NCBI GenBank assembly: GCA_017937845.1
Contig: JAGBCV010000006.1
Span: 1 to 64,000 of the forward strand
DNA: 64,000 bases
Direction: 5' to 3'
From: Clostridia bacterium
GTDB taxonomy: Bacteria; Bacillota; Clostridia; Oscillospirales; CAG-272
Under the pieces are notes generated by a model. The model saw only the letters and a list, made by a program, of their open reading frames with translations, was not told where the DNA came from and ran no database searches. A program made the translations under genes and the position numbers. This document shows positions 17,309 to 26,897 of the stretch, one piece after another. The stretch's first letter is position 1; each line of letters begins with the position of its first letter.

Positions 17309-18091
17309 ATGAAAAGATATTTTACGCTCATACTGGTGATCTCCTTGTGTCTTTTCCTCTGCTTCCCCGTTTCCGCAGGAGAGCAGATGCCAAGACTCAT
17401 CGACGAGGCTGACCTGCTGACAAACAGCGAGGAAGCTTCCCTTTTGGCAACGCTGAATGAGATCAGCGAAAGACAAGGTATGGATATCGTCGTTTTGACG
17501 GTCTATTCCTTGGACGGCAAATCGCCGCGTGCGTATGCCGATGATTTTTATGACAACGGCGGTTACGGCTACGACGGCATTTTGCTTCTTCTCAGCATGG
17601 AATTTCGTGATTGGTACATATCGACGAGCGGTTACGGCATCACGGCGCTGACTGACGCGGGCATCGATTACATCTCCGACCAATTTCTCCCTGCGCTCAG
17701 CAGTGGGGAGTATGCAGACGCTTTTACGACCTACGCAACGCTTTGCGATGATTTCATCGACGAAGCCAAGACAGGAAAGCCCTACGATATCGGCTCACTG
17801 CCCAAGGCACCTTTTGCCGTCGGACAAAAGCTCCTGCTCTCTTTGGTCATCGGATTTGTGATCGCGTTCATCATCACAAGCATTATGAAATCCAAGCTGA
17901 AATCCGTCAAGGCGCAAGCTGCCGCGAACAATTACGTGAGAGCGGGCAGCTTACAGATCACACACAGCCATGACCGTTTTCTTTACCGACACGTTGACCG
18001 CAGAGCAAGACCCCAAAATAACGGTGGCGGCTCTTCCACACATACGTCTTCCTCGGGCAGATCGCACGGTGGCGGCGGCGGAAAATTCTAA
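17309..18091 (+). CDS. TPM-domain (YgcG/YdjH-like) membrane protein with Gly-rich tail
   Basis: Signal peptide. EADLLTNSEEASLLATLNEISERQGMDIVVLTV matches the TPM/TLP18.3 phosphatase-like domain. TM helix and GGGSS...GGGGG tail. Confidence 0.7.
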   Translation: MKRYFTLILVISLCLFLCFPVSAGEQMPRLIDEADLLTNSEEASLLATLNEISERQGMDIVVLTVYSLDGKSPRAYADDFYDNGGYGYDGILLLLSMEFRDWYISTSGYGITALTDAGIDYISDQFLPALSSGEYADAFTTYATLCDDFIDEAKTGKPYDIGSLPKAPFAVGQKLLLSLVIGFVIAFIITSIMKSKLKSVKAQAAANNYVRAGSLQITHSHDRFLYRHVDRRARPQNNGGGSSTHTSSSGRSHGGGGGKF

Positions 18092-18103
18092 GTATACGAA
18101 AAA

Positions 18104-18128
18104 GCAGGAGCGACGCTCCTGCTTTTCA
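18104..18128 (+). terminator. Rho-independent terminator
   Basis: agcaggagcg-acg-ctcctgct followed by tttc. Confidence 0.6.
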
Positions 18129-18129
18129 T

Positions 18130-18520
18130 TTGTATAACGAAAACCACGCGATAGTCGCGTGGTTCAATAAAGGCTATTGCCGATAAGCAGAAAACAAATA
18201 AAAAGTCAGGGCAGAATGTCCTTGTGTCAAAGGCTCCCTCCGGGAGGGAGCTGGCGAGCGAACGCGAGACTGAGGGAGCACGCGCACGCTCAATCATGCA
18301 GTTGAAATGAGGCGAGAGGGAGAACTATAGTTTTCGCGGGCTCCTTCCACCGCAAGCGGTCCCCCTTCCTCCCGGAGGAAGGCTTTTTACGCAACCCGTT
18401 TACGGGTAGCAAGTAGCAATTGCGTGGCTGGCAGGCCAATCTAAAACGCACTTGTGCGTAGCCAGTAGAGTGTAGGGCTATGCCCGAAAATGAAATACCA
18501 CCCGCTATGCGGGTGGATAT
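18130..18520. other. ~400-bp GC-rich, hairpin-dense convergent intergenic region (candidate sRNA or decayed element)
   Basis: Several strong hairpins (aaccacgcgatagtcgcgtggtt, ccctccgggaggg, cctcccggaggaagg, ccacccgctatgcgggtgg). No credible ORF. Confidence 0.3.
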
Positions 18521-18550
18521 TTATTGGATATGAGGAATCATTTCCGCAAT

Positions 18551-19204
18551 TTAATCCTTCCAAACGAAATGATAATTGATGGATTCACCGCCGTCCACAA
18601 GGATATTTTGTCCTGTGCAAAAGGTGTTGACAACGGTCAGAAAATACGCCCACTCGGCGATCTCCTCGGGGGTCGCCCATTTTTTCAGCGGTGTTTCCTC
18701 CATGATATGCGCCCAAAGTTCGGGATCATTCATAACACATTCATTGAGCGGAGTCAAAACGCCGCCCGGGTCAAGACTGTTACACGTTGCGCCAAACGCC
18801 GCCACACGCAGAGCGACGTTTTTGGTATAGGAGAGGATACCTCCCTTGCTCGCGCAATATTCGGGAAATTCCGCGCCCGTATGCGCGCTTGCCGAGCCGA
18901 TATTCAAAATGGATTTGATATCCTTTTGAACGCCGTAGGTTTCGGTGATATGGATCAGCGCCTTCAAATTGACGTCGATATCGTTTTCGTTTTGCGTTCC
19001 TGCGTTGTTGATGAGTATCTGGACGCCCGAAAGCGCAGGGAGATTTTGATAATCGCGCACATCACAGGTATAATGCGTATACCGCTCATGAGAAATGCTC
19101 GCTTCTTGTCTGTCGATGCCCCAAACGATATGCCCCTTTTGCAAAAAATGCGCCGCGATCGCCCGTCCGATGCCTTGTGTCGTTCCCGTGATCAAAACAT
19201 TCAT
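18551..19204 (-). CDS. SDR-family oxidoreductase
   Basis: MNVLITGTTQGIGRAIA Rossmann motif and YxxxK (YCASK). Start taken at the internal ATG that overlaps the upstream stop by ATGA. Confidence 0.8.
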   Translation of the reverse strand: MNVLITGTTQGIGRAIAAHFLQKGHIVWGIDRQEASISHERYTHYTCDVRDYQNLPALSGVQILINNAGTQNENDIDVNLKALIHITETYGVQKDIKSILNIGSASAHTGAEFPEYCASKGGILSYTKNVALRVAAFGATCNSLDPGGVLTPLNECVMNDPELWAHIMEETPLKKWATPEEIAEWAYFLTVVNTFCTGQNILVDGGESINYHFVWKD

Positions 19205-19953
19205 TTGATTTTTCTCCTTTTTTCGATATAGTCCAGATATTCTTTTCCGACGTGATTTTGTTTCCATCTCGTGGCGATGCGATAGCCGATCGGTGAAAAT
19301 ACGATCTCCATCATAAGCTCCGCGACCGCGCCCGTCAGCGCACACATCGCGCATTGCAAAACCGTCCAATGAAAGCCATCCCAAAAGACGGGAGCAAAGC
19401 CGACGAAAACGATGACCGAAAAGATGAAATTATCCAAAAATTGTCCGATAAAGGTGGAAACATAGGTACGCATCGCATACGCGAGCTTGCCGTCGGGATC
19501 TTTTTTGAAAGCGCGTCCGATCATCCAGTTAAGACGGTTATTGATGACGGCTGAGGACAGAAACGCCACCGTACTGCCAAGCAAAATAAACCACGTTCCG
19601 CCGAATATCTCATCAAAGGCGCTATAATCGTTGGCATTCGAGGGAATGACGCTCGCCACGAAAAAGATCAGACAGGTCAGCAGATTGATGCCCGTCGCCA
19701 AAATCGAAATGCGGTTGGAGGCTTCGGGTCCGAAATGCTTCGTAATGATATCCATACACATAAAAGAGAGCCACGATATCAGAATACCGCCGTCAAGCGC
19801 GATGATATCGTTTTGAAAAAGCGTTTTATTGGCAAGCAGGTTCATGCAGATGACGCTCACGACAAAGAGCGTTACCACCGTGGCGGGGATACATCTGAGC
19901 AGGATCGCCGTTTTTTCCTTTTCTTCTATCATCCATTTTTTGATGGTTGCCAT
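19201..19953 (-). CDS. YhhQ/VUT-family (DUF165) putative queuosine-precursor transporter
   Basis: ~250 aa with 6 TM segments and the family-typical layout. Confidence 0.6.
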   Translation of the reverse strand: MATIKKWMIEEKEKTAILLRCIPATVVTLFVVSVICMNLLANKTLFQNDIIALDGGILISWLSFMCMDIITKHFGPEASNRISILATGINLLTCLIFFVASVIPSNANDYSAFDEIFGGTWFILLGSTVAFLSSAVINNRLNWMIGRAFKKDPDGKLAYAMRTYVSTFIGQFLDNFIFSVIVFVGFAPVFWDGFHWTVLQCAMCALTGAVAELMMEIVFSPIGYRIATRWKQNHVGKEYLDYIEKRRKIK

Positions 19954-20027
19954 ATTGATATATACTCCGTTTTTATCCTATCAAGGGGTTTTGCCTTATT
20001 ATATCATATATTTTCATAAGTTTCAAG

Positions 20028-20066
20028 AAAAATATCCACCATTGCCGAAGCAAGGTGGATATTTTT
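20028..20066. repeat. Hairpin repeat aaaaatatccacc-N13-ggtggatattttt
   Basis: 12-bp perfect arms. Same family as 12372-12453 and 18493-18523. Confidence 0.55.
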
Positions 20067-20641
20067 ATAAAGAGAATGTATATCAAAAAGCAGGCATGAC
20101 TCTGCTTATGATATGTATTTTCAAAAGAGGCGGAGGCTACATCAAAAGTCCCAAAGCAATCCCGAGAAAAATCACGGCAAAAAACAAAAATCCCGTTGCG
20201 CGCTGAACCGTCAGACTCATCACCGTATGAAACATGTGCTTCCAGCGCCAAATGCACGGGCGCTCCACCTTTTGCAAAACGTCCTCCATCATTTGCAGAT
20301 ACGTTTCGGAAAAGGCGACTGCTTCTTCCTTTTCTTCGTTTATTTTTTCAAGTCCCTCGCAGCATGAACGAGCCAACGCTAAATTCAAAATTTCCAAGCC
20401 GTTCTTTTCCTTGCCACTCAGTTTTTTTACATCCATTTTTCTCATGCTTGCCACCTCGGTCTTTCAAAACATAATTTAGGCTTCGATCCATCTATAACAT
20501 ATAATCGTTCGGAAATGTCTCTTGGTTTCACTTTTTGCGAAAATTTTTATAAATTTTTGAAAAATCGCCCTGACAAACAAAAAAGCGGGAAACGCCCGCT
20601 TCAATACAAAACGGTCCTCCGAAGAGAACCGTTTGAAGATA

Positions 20642-23263
20642 TTATTTTTGGAAGGTATATTCGCCGCAAGGCAAGCGCCATGCGCCGTTTTCCATGTGCT
20701 CTGCCATATCGGTGAAGCGCACGCCGTTTTCCGCGAGAACGTCTGCAAATTCATCTGCAAGATACACGATACCCTCACAGCCGAACGGAATCGAAAGCGT
20801 AAGGGAAAGCGTATTTTCCGCATTTTCCCAAGCGCAAGCAACCTTGCCGTACATCGATTCATGACGCGCCTTGGCGTAGCTCATACCGCAGGAGATGGCG
20901 GGACGGAACACGATACGGCGGAAGCCGGGCGCTTCTTCGTCAGGCGCGATGCCCGCAACGTATTTATAAAGGAAAGAGGACATATCGGAGAACATATGAT
21001 GATTATGCGAGCCGCCACCGTTCCAGCACTCCCAAAGCGTCGTTGCACCGCGGCTGATCCATTCGCCAACACCGGGGAAGGTCCTTTGCGCGAGCATCTT
21101 ATGACCGACGTTGCCATAGCCCATCGAGCCAAGCGTGTGCATGACGAATTTATTGCCGAGAACACCGAAATCAAGATGGTCGTCCTTTTCTTTGATTTGG
21201 GAAAGCAAGGTATTTAGCAATCCTACGCGCTCTTCTTCGCTATCATAAAGCTTGAAGTAAAGCATGACCGCCGTTGCCGTTTGGCAATCGCCCTTGACCA
21301 TATAATGCTCCGCATCGAAAAATTTTTCGCGGAAGGTCGCGCGGATACGGGAGGCAAGGTCTTCATAATAGCAAACGTCGTCCGGATAGTCAAACATTTT
21401 CGCAAGCTTTGCCGCGGTACAAGCCGCATGATAGAAAAAGCCTGTATCCGAAACCTCGACGGGACAACGGTAAGAGCCCATATTGATGCTGATGGCAGGT
21501 CCTTCAAAGGGCGCGCACCAGTCACCTGTGCCGTAATGAAGCGTGAGATCCTCCGTCATGGTTTCCATAAAGTCGATATTTTTCTTGATGGCTTCGTAAT
21601 TCTTTCTGAGGATCTCACGGTCGCCGTTATAAAGATAGATATTCCAAGGAATCATCCAAAGCGCGCTCGACCAGTCGGGTCCCATGAGTCCGTAATAGCC
21701 CCAGCCCGTCGAAGGAATGACACAGGGAATCTGTCCCGCGGGACGCTGAGAGGTTCGGATATCTCTGCTCCATTTGGAAAGAAATGCACGCATACCGAAG
21801 TTTGTCAGCATCTGCTCGGAGGAAAGCATCGTATCGCCTGTCCAGCTATTCTTTTCTCTGTGCGGGTCATCGAGCGGTACGGATTGCATATTGGAGATCG
21901 TTGACCAGCGACAAAGATGCTGAACACGGTTCAAAAAGTCATCTGAGCAGGAAAATTCGCCGATATCGGCAAAATCGGAATGGACGGCAATCCCCAACAC
22001 GTCATCGAGAGAAGGCTCGTAATCGATGCCCGAAATTTCGATATACTGGAAGCCGTGATATACGAACGTAGGATGCCAAACCTCCACGTCATCGCTCTTT
22101 TTCGTATAGCGGTCGGTCTGGAAATCGCCGCTCTTGACAAAGCTCGTCAGCGCATAAAAGTCAAGCTCGCCGTCTTCGGTCAGCATATCGGAATAACGGA
22201 AGGTCGCCGTCGTGCCTGCCGCGCCGTGGATATGATATTCTCCGTAGCCCGCGATATTCTGCCCGATATCGAACGCCCAACCGTTTTTGGTCTGCCACTT
22301 TTTGACGGGTCTGAATGTCTTATACACACGGATCGGCTCCATTTCCTGTGCGATGAGAAGTCCGCCGGGGCTTTTGCATATCTTCGTTCTCTGCCATTCG
22401 CTGTCATCGTAAAAGGCTTCCGTCCATGCGCCAAGCTCCAAGCGCGCATCGTAATATTCGCCGTTTCGGATACCCGTGAACGTGATCGGTCCAAACGCGC
22501 TTTTCCAGGAGGTATCGGAACAGACGATCTCCGTTTCACCGTTATCATATACGAGCTTGAGCTCGCAGATCATCTTCGGGGGATTGCGCCACGTTGCCGC
22601 TGTGGTGTTCCATACGTCCTCGGTAAAACCGTTATAAAAACCATTGCCGAGAGAAACGCCGATGGCATTCTTTCCCTCTTTCAAAAGCGATGCCACGTCG
22701 TATTGCATATAATAACATTCCGCATCGTAACGGCTGTATGCGGGGGACAGGATATCGTCGCCTGTTTTTTTGCCGTTGATGTAGCTTTCAAAATAACCGA
22801 GTCCGCAAATCGTGAGATAGGCTTCTTTCAGATGCTCGCCGACAAAAAATTCTTGTCTTAAATACTGCGCGGAGGTCGTATTTTTCGGAAGCCGCGCAAG
22901 TGATATCCATTTTGCGGTGAATTTTGTACCGAGTTTGCCCGTAACGAAGGTCGCGGGGGCGCTTGTCAGCACCTCGCCCTGCTTTGTTTCACACATAACG
23001 GCGTAATAATATCGGGTAACGGGCGAAAGCGCCTTGCCTTCATACGGAATAAGCACCGTTTCGTCGGTTTCGGAAAAACCGCTATCCCAAACGTCCGCTT
23101 CGCCTTTCGTCAGCAGTTCTTCATCCGTTGCAACGAGGATTCGGCGTTTTGCTTGTGCGTCGCCTCTCGTTTCGGAGAGGACCTTATATGAAAAACGCGG
23201 GAGAGTATCCACTCCGCACGGGTCTTTCATGTAATTGACGGTTAAATCGCAGATATATGACAT
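20642..23263 (-). CDS. GH78 alpha-L-rhamnosidase
   Basis: Length ~870 aa and conserved rhamnosidase blocks (six-hairpin catalytic region ...WECWNGGGSHNHHMF...). Start at MSYICDL. Confidence 0.8.
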   Translation of the reverse strand: MSYICDLTVNYMKDPCGVDTLPRFSYKVLSETRGDAQAKRRILVATDEELLTKGEADVWDSGFSETDETVLIPYEGKALSPVTRYYYAVMCETKQGEVLTSAPATFVTGKLGTKFTAKWISLARLPKNTTSAQYLRQEFFVGEHLKEAYLTICGLGYFESYINGKKTGDDILSPAYSRYDAECYYMQYDVASLLKEGKNAIGVSLGNGFYNGFTEDVWNTTAATWRNPPKMICELKLVYDNGETEIVCSDTSWKSAFGPITFTGIRNGEYYDARLELGAWTEAFYDDSEWQRTKICKSPGGLLIAQEMEPIRVYKTFRPVKKWQTKNGWAFDIGQNIAGYGEYHIHGAAGTTATFRYSDMLTEDGELDFYALTSFVKSGDFQTDRYTKKSDDVEVWHPTFVYHGFQYIEISGIDYEPSLDDVLGIAVHSDFADIGEFSCSDDFLNRVQHLCRWSTISNMQSVPLDDPHREKNSWTGDTMLSSEQMLTNFGMRAFLSKWSRDIRTSQRPAGQIPCVIPSTGWGYYGLMGPDWSSALWMIPWNIYLYNGDREILRKNYEAIKKNIDFMETMTEDLTLHYGTGDWCAPFEGPAISINMGSYRCPVEVSDTGFFYHAACTAAKLAKMFDYPDDVCYYEDLASRIRATFREKFFDAEHYMVKGDCQTATAVMLYFKLYDSEEERVGLLNTLLSQIKEKDDHLDFGVLGNKFVMHTLGSMGYGNVGHKMLAQRTFPGVGEWISRGATTLWECWNGGGSHNHHMFSDMSSFLYKYVAGIAPDEEAPGFRRIVFRPAISCGMSYAKARHESMYGKVACAWENAENTLSLTLSIPFGCEGIVYLADEFADVLAENGVRFTDMAEHMENGAWRLPCGEYTFQK

Positions 23264-23411
23264 AAGAGTACACTCCTTTTTCTTTGATATCAACAGTATA
23301 GCAAATATTTGAAGATATTGCAAGATTTCTTCGCAAAAAGCAAGCACATGGTAGACTTTTCACCGAAATGATGCTACAATATTCTTATCAAATAGCCACA
23401 AGGAGACCCGT

Positions 23412-24344
23412 ATGAAGACCATTGCACCGAATTATTATACAAAATTTCATTGCATCGCAGACAAATGCCGTCATAGCTGTTGCATCGGCTGGGAAATCGA
23501 TATCGACGAGGATACGCTCGATTTTTACCAAAGTATTGGCGGTGATTTCGGAAATAAACTGCACGAAAACATCGAAAACGATGGAGAAAGCGCACATTTT
23601 TCGCTCGTCGGCAAGGAGGAACGCTGTCCTTTTCTGAAAGAAAACGGACTTTGCGAAATGATCCTCACGCTTGGCGAGGATGCGCTATGCGATATTTGCA
23701 GAGAACATCCCCGTTTTTATCATGTGCTTTCCGACCGCGACGAAGTGGGACTCGGGCTTTGCTGTGAGGAGGCGGCGCGCCTCATTCTCTCATGGGAGGG
23801 TGACACCGTTTTGGCGGTCATCGATGATGACGGCGAAGACACAACGCCGACCGCATGGGAAGAAACGCTTTTTTCCCTCAGAAAGCATCTTTTCGTTCTT
23901 TTGCAAGACCGAAAAAAACCGATCCATGAACGCGCAGAAGAAATGCTTGCATTTTGCCACGCTGAATTTCCAAATAAAACGCCTGCCGAGTGGCGTGATA
24001 TTTTCCTTTCTCTCGAACAGCTCGACCCCGCGTGGAGAGAAACGCTCGAAAGCCTCGGCGCATCGCAAAACGTCCCTCTCTCCGATTTGGAAAAGCCCTT
24101 TGAAAATCTGCTTTTATATTTTGTTTATCGACACACCGCAGAAGCCGCGGACGAAAAGGACTTCTCTGCCCGCGTTTCGTTTGCGTATCTCGGATATCAT
24201 ATCATTCGCTTGCTTTGCGCCACAAAAAAAGCACAAACGGGTGTCTGCGCTTTTCATGAGCTTTCAGAACTTGCCCGCCGTTATTCCTCGGAGATCGAAT
24301 ATTCCGAGGAAAATACGGAGGCTTTGCTCCACTTATTGCGATAA
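23412..24344 (+). CDS. YkgJ/FliB-family cysteine-cluster protein (flagellin lysine-N-methylase-like)
   Basis: KFHCIADKCRHSCCIGWEIDID matches the CxxxCxxCC...GW motif of the FliB/YkgJ family. Confidence 0.5.
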   Translation: MKTIAPNYYTKFHCIADKCRHSCCIGWEIDIDEDTLDFYQSIGGDFGNKLHENIENDGESAHFSLVGKEERCPFLKENGLCEMILTLGEDALCDICREHPRFYHVLSDRDEVGLGLCCEEAARLILSWEGDTVLAVIDDDGEDTTPTAWEETLFSLRKHLFVLLQDRKKPIHERAEEMLAFCHAEFPNKTPAEWRDIFLSLEQLDPAWRETLESLGASQNVPLSDLEKPFENLLLYFVYRHTAEAADEKDFSARVSFAYLGYHIIRLLCATKKAQTGVCAFHELSELARRYSSEIEYSEENTEALLHLLR

Positions 24345-24417
24345 ATTGAATGAAAGTATTTACAAAACATTATTTTTGCGGTAAAATAATACAAGTTTAT
24401 AAACAAGGAGGAGTTTT

Positions 24418-25224
24418 ATGAGCACAAAATTCGGCAAACGCGCAAAAAGACCGCCGCTTTCCAATTTGGATAAAACACTTTACGGCGTACTCATCGCGCT
24501 TTCCGTCATCATTCCGCTTTCCCTGCTCATCGTTATATATATTTATGACAGCACTTTTCTGTTTGCAGACGAAAGCATCGTAGCAAGCGATTCGTGGTTT
24601 TTGCTTGCCTGTATGCCAATTGTTCTTTTCGTTTCTCTGACGCTTGGTATCCTCGGCTCTTACGGTCTTAGAAGCAGACAACCGCTTTTCGGCAATCCCA
24701 ACTTCGTGCCGAAGGCGTTTTCACCAACGCTCAAGGTATATCCCCTCTTTTCCAAGGATTTTCGTGAAAGCCCCGAGCGAAAAAAATATCAGCGAACCGC
24801 TATTATTTTGCTATGTCTACTCGTTGTTTTTATCTTCGTTTCGATGCTCGGCTTTTTCCCAAGAGAAACGCTTGACAAAAGCGGAACGCTTCGCACACAC
24901 AATATGCTAAATCAAGTTACTCACACAGAATACCTCGAAAATGCGGATTACATTTCGTTTGAGATCGAGCGAAATGACGCTCCCAAACGCCGTACCTATT
25001 GGTATCTCCGAATGGATATCTATTTTGAAGATACAAGCTATGGATTTCGTTTGCATAATTTCGCACCCATGTCCACCAAGGAAGCCCTGCATTATATGCT
25101 TTCCGTCAAGGAACAATTCAAGGGACGATACGAGCTTCGCAATGTCGAAGCAATAGACAAGCTGATGCAAAAAAACTACACGTCAGAGGAATGCGCTCTC
25201 ATTTACGAGCTTTTTAATCAATGA
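24418..25224 (+). CDS. Hypothetical membrane protein
   Basis: RBS aggagg. Several TM helices. No domain recognised. Confidence 0.45.
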   Translation: MSTKFGKRAKRPPLSNLDKTLYGVLIALSVIIPLSLLIVIYIYDSTFLFADESIVASDSWFLLACMPIVLFVSLTLGILGSYGLRSRQPLFGNPNFVPKAFSPTLKVYPLFSKDFRESPERKKYQRTAIILLCLLVVFIFVSMLGFFPRETLDKSGTLRTHNMLNQVTHTEYLENADYISFEIERNDAPKRRTYWYLRMDIYFEDTSYGFRLHNFAPMSTKEALHYMLSVKEQFKGRYELRNVEAIDKLMQKNYTSEECALIYELFNQ

Positions 25225-25255
25225 ACATCAATTTTTTGAAAAAGGAAGTAACTTT

Positions 25256-26416
25256 ATGAAAGTCATTATCGCAATCGATTCATTCAAAGGCAGTCTTTCC
25301 ACGTTGGAAGCGGGAAAAGCCGCCGCAGAGGGCATCCAAGCCGTATACCCCGAGGCTGAGATCGTCATTTCGCCCTTGGCGGATGGCGGCGAGGGAACGG
25401 TGGATGCGATCTTATTGGCAACCAAGGGAGAGCGCAAGGTCATTCCCGTCCACGACCCGCTCGGAAGAAATATCACGGCAAGCTACGGCATCATCCGCGA
25501 AACAAAAACCGCCGTCATCGAAATGGCGGCGGCAAGCGGTATCACCTTGGTTTCCGAAAATGAACGCGATCCCTTTTATACAACAACCCTTGGCGTTGGC
25601 GAAATGATTGCCGATGCGATCAAGGAGGGCTGTCGGGAATTTATCATCGGTATCGGAGGAAGCGCAACGAACGACGGCGGTATCGGTATGCTTTCCGCGC
25701 TCGGCGTGAAATTTTTCGACAAAGACGGAAATATCGTCGAAAAAGGCGGTATCGGGCTTCGGGATCTGGAAAAAATTGAAGTGGGTTCGATGCTTTCCGC
25801 ACTCAAAGAATGTCGTTTTCATATCGCGTGCGACGTGAAAAATCCGCTTTGCGGAGAAAACGGATGCAGCGCCGTTTTCGGTCCGCAAAAGGGACTTACG
25901 GCAGAAAATATCCCTCTGATGGACGCTTGGCTTTCGCATTATGCGGAACTTACCAAAACGGTCAACCCAAGCGCAGATGAAACGTATCCCGGTTGCGGCG
26001 CGGCGGGAGGACTCGGCTTTGCCTTTTTATCGTATCTGCCCGCAGAGCTTTCTTCGGGTATCGAGCTTGTGATGCGTGCGACGGGGCTTGAACAGCATAT
26101 GAAGGATGCGGATATCGTCATCACGGGCGAAGGCAGGCTTGACGGACAATCCTGCATGGGAAAAGCACCCGTCGGTGTCGCCGCGCTCGCCAAAAAATAC
26201 GGAAAGCCCGTCATTGCCGTTGCGGGCGGTGTGACCGAGGAAGCGTCTTCCCTGCATGAATACGGCATCGACGCCTTTTTCCCCATCGTTCGCACGCCTT
26301 GCACGCTCGGGGAGGCAATGAAAACGGAAAATGCGTACCGCAATCTGAAGCATACTGCGGAGCAGATCTTCCGCGTTTTGAAAATACAAGCCCTGTATGG
26401 AGGAAACCATGTTTGA
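25256..26416 (+). CDS. Glycerate kinase
   Basis: MKVIIAIDSFKGSLS N-terminus and GGGSATNDGGIG motif. Confidence 0.85.
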   Translation: MKVIIAIDSFKGSLSTLEAGKAAAEGIQAVYPEAEIVISPLADGGEGTVDAILLATKGERKVIPVHDPLGRNITASYGIIRETKTAVIEMAAASGITLVSENERDPFYTTTLGVGEMIADAIKEGCREFIIGIGGSATNDGGIGMLSALGVKFFDKDGNIVEKGGIGLRDLEKIEVGSMLSALKECRFHIACDVKNPLCGENGCSAVFGPQKGLTAENIPLMDAWLSHYAELTKTVNPSADETYPGCGAAGGLGFAFLSYLPAELSSGIELVMRATGLEQHMKDADIVITGEGRLDGQSCMGKAPVGVAALAKKYGKPVIAVAGGVTEEASSLHEYGIDAFFPIVRTPCTLGEAMKTENAYRNLKHTAEQIFRVLKIQALYGGNHV

Positions 26417-26897
26417 ATTTTGGGATATTTATGATGAAAACCGAAACCTGACGGGCAGGATACACGAGCGCGGAAAACCGCTCGCCGACGGAGAATATCA
26501 TCTCGTCGTGCATATCTGGGTGCAAAACGAAAACGGCGATTTTCTCATCACCAAGCGCGCCGCGGATAAAATGCCTTTCCCAAACTGCTGGGAATGTACG
26601 GGCGGTTCTGCCCTTGCGGGCGAAACGAGCCTCGATGCCGCGCTCAGAGAAACGCTGGAGGAAACGGGGATCGACCATTGTGCTTCCGAAAAAAGATGCG
26701 TCATCTCCTATCGGCGCGGAGATTGGTTTGGGGACGTTTGGCTCTTTCGCACAAGCTTTTCGCTCGCAGACGTCGTTTTGCAGGACGGCGAAACGACGGA
26801 TAAACGCATGGCTGACAAAGAAACCGTTCTCAAGATGAAGCAGGACGGCACGTTTTGCGCTTACGATTATATCGAAGATTTCATGGCAAGGGTTTGA
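26397..26897 (+). CDS. NUDIX hydrolase
   Basis: Nudix box GGSALAGETSLDAALRETLEETGI. Confidence 0.8.
   Translation: MEETMFEFWDIYDENRNLTGRIHERGKPLADGEYHLVVHIWVQNENGDFLITKRAADKMPFPNCWECTGGSALAGETSLDAALRETLEETGIDHCASEKRCVISYRRGDWFGDVWLFRTSFSLADVVLQDGETTDKRMADKETVLKMKQDGTFCAYDYIEDFMARV

Noticed and set aside
14562-17683. 426-aa and 626-aa minus-strand ORFs overlapping the SPFH / zinc-ribbon / TPM genes
   Set aside because: The plus-strand genes have promoters, RBSs, translational coupling and recognisable domains. The minus-strand frames are Arg/Gly/Ala-rich antisense artefacts.
18524-19231. 235-aa plus-strand ORF
   Set aside because: It is entirely antisense to the well-supported SDR oxidoreductase gene, which has Rossmann and YxxxK motifs.
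20028-20066. The hairpin upstream of the YhhQ-like transporter gene as the preQ1 aptamer itself
   Set aside because: The same arm sequence recurs at two unrelated intergenic sites, and it lies upstream of the likely -10 box, so it is a repeat-family hairpin. A separate, weaker riboswitch candidate is noted in the findings.
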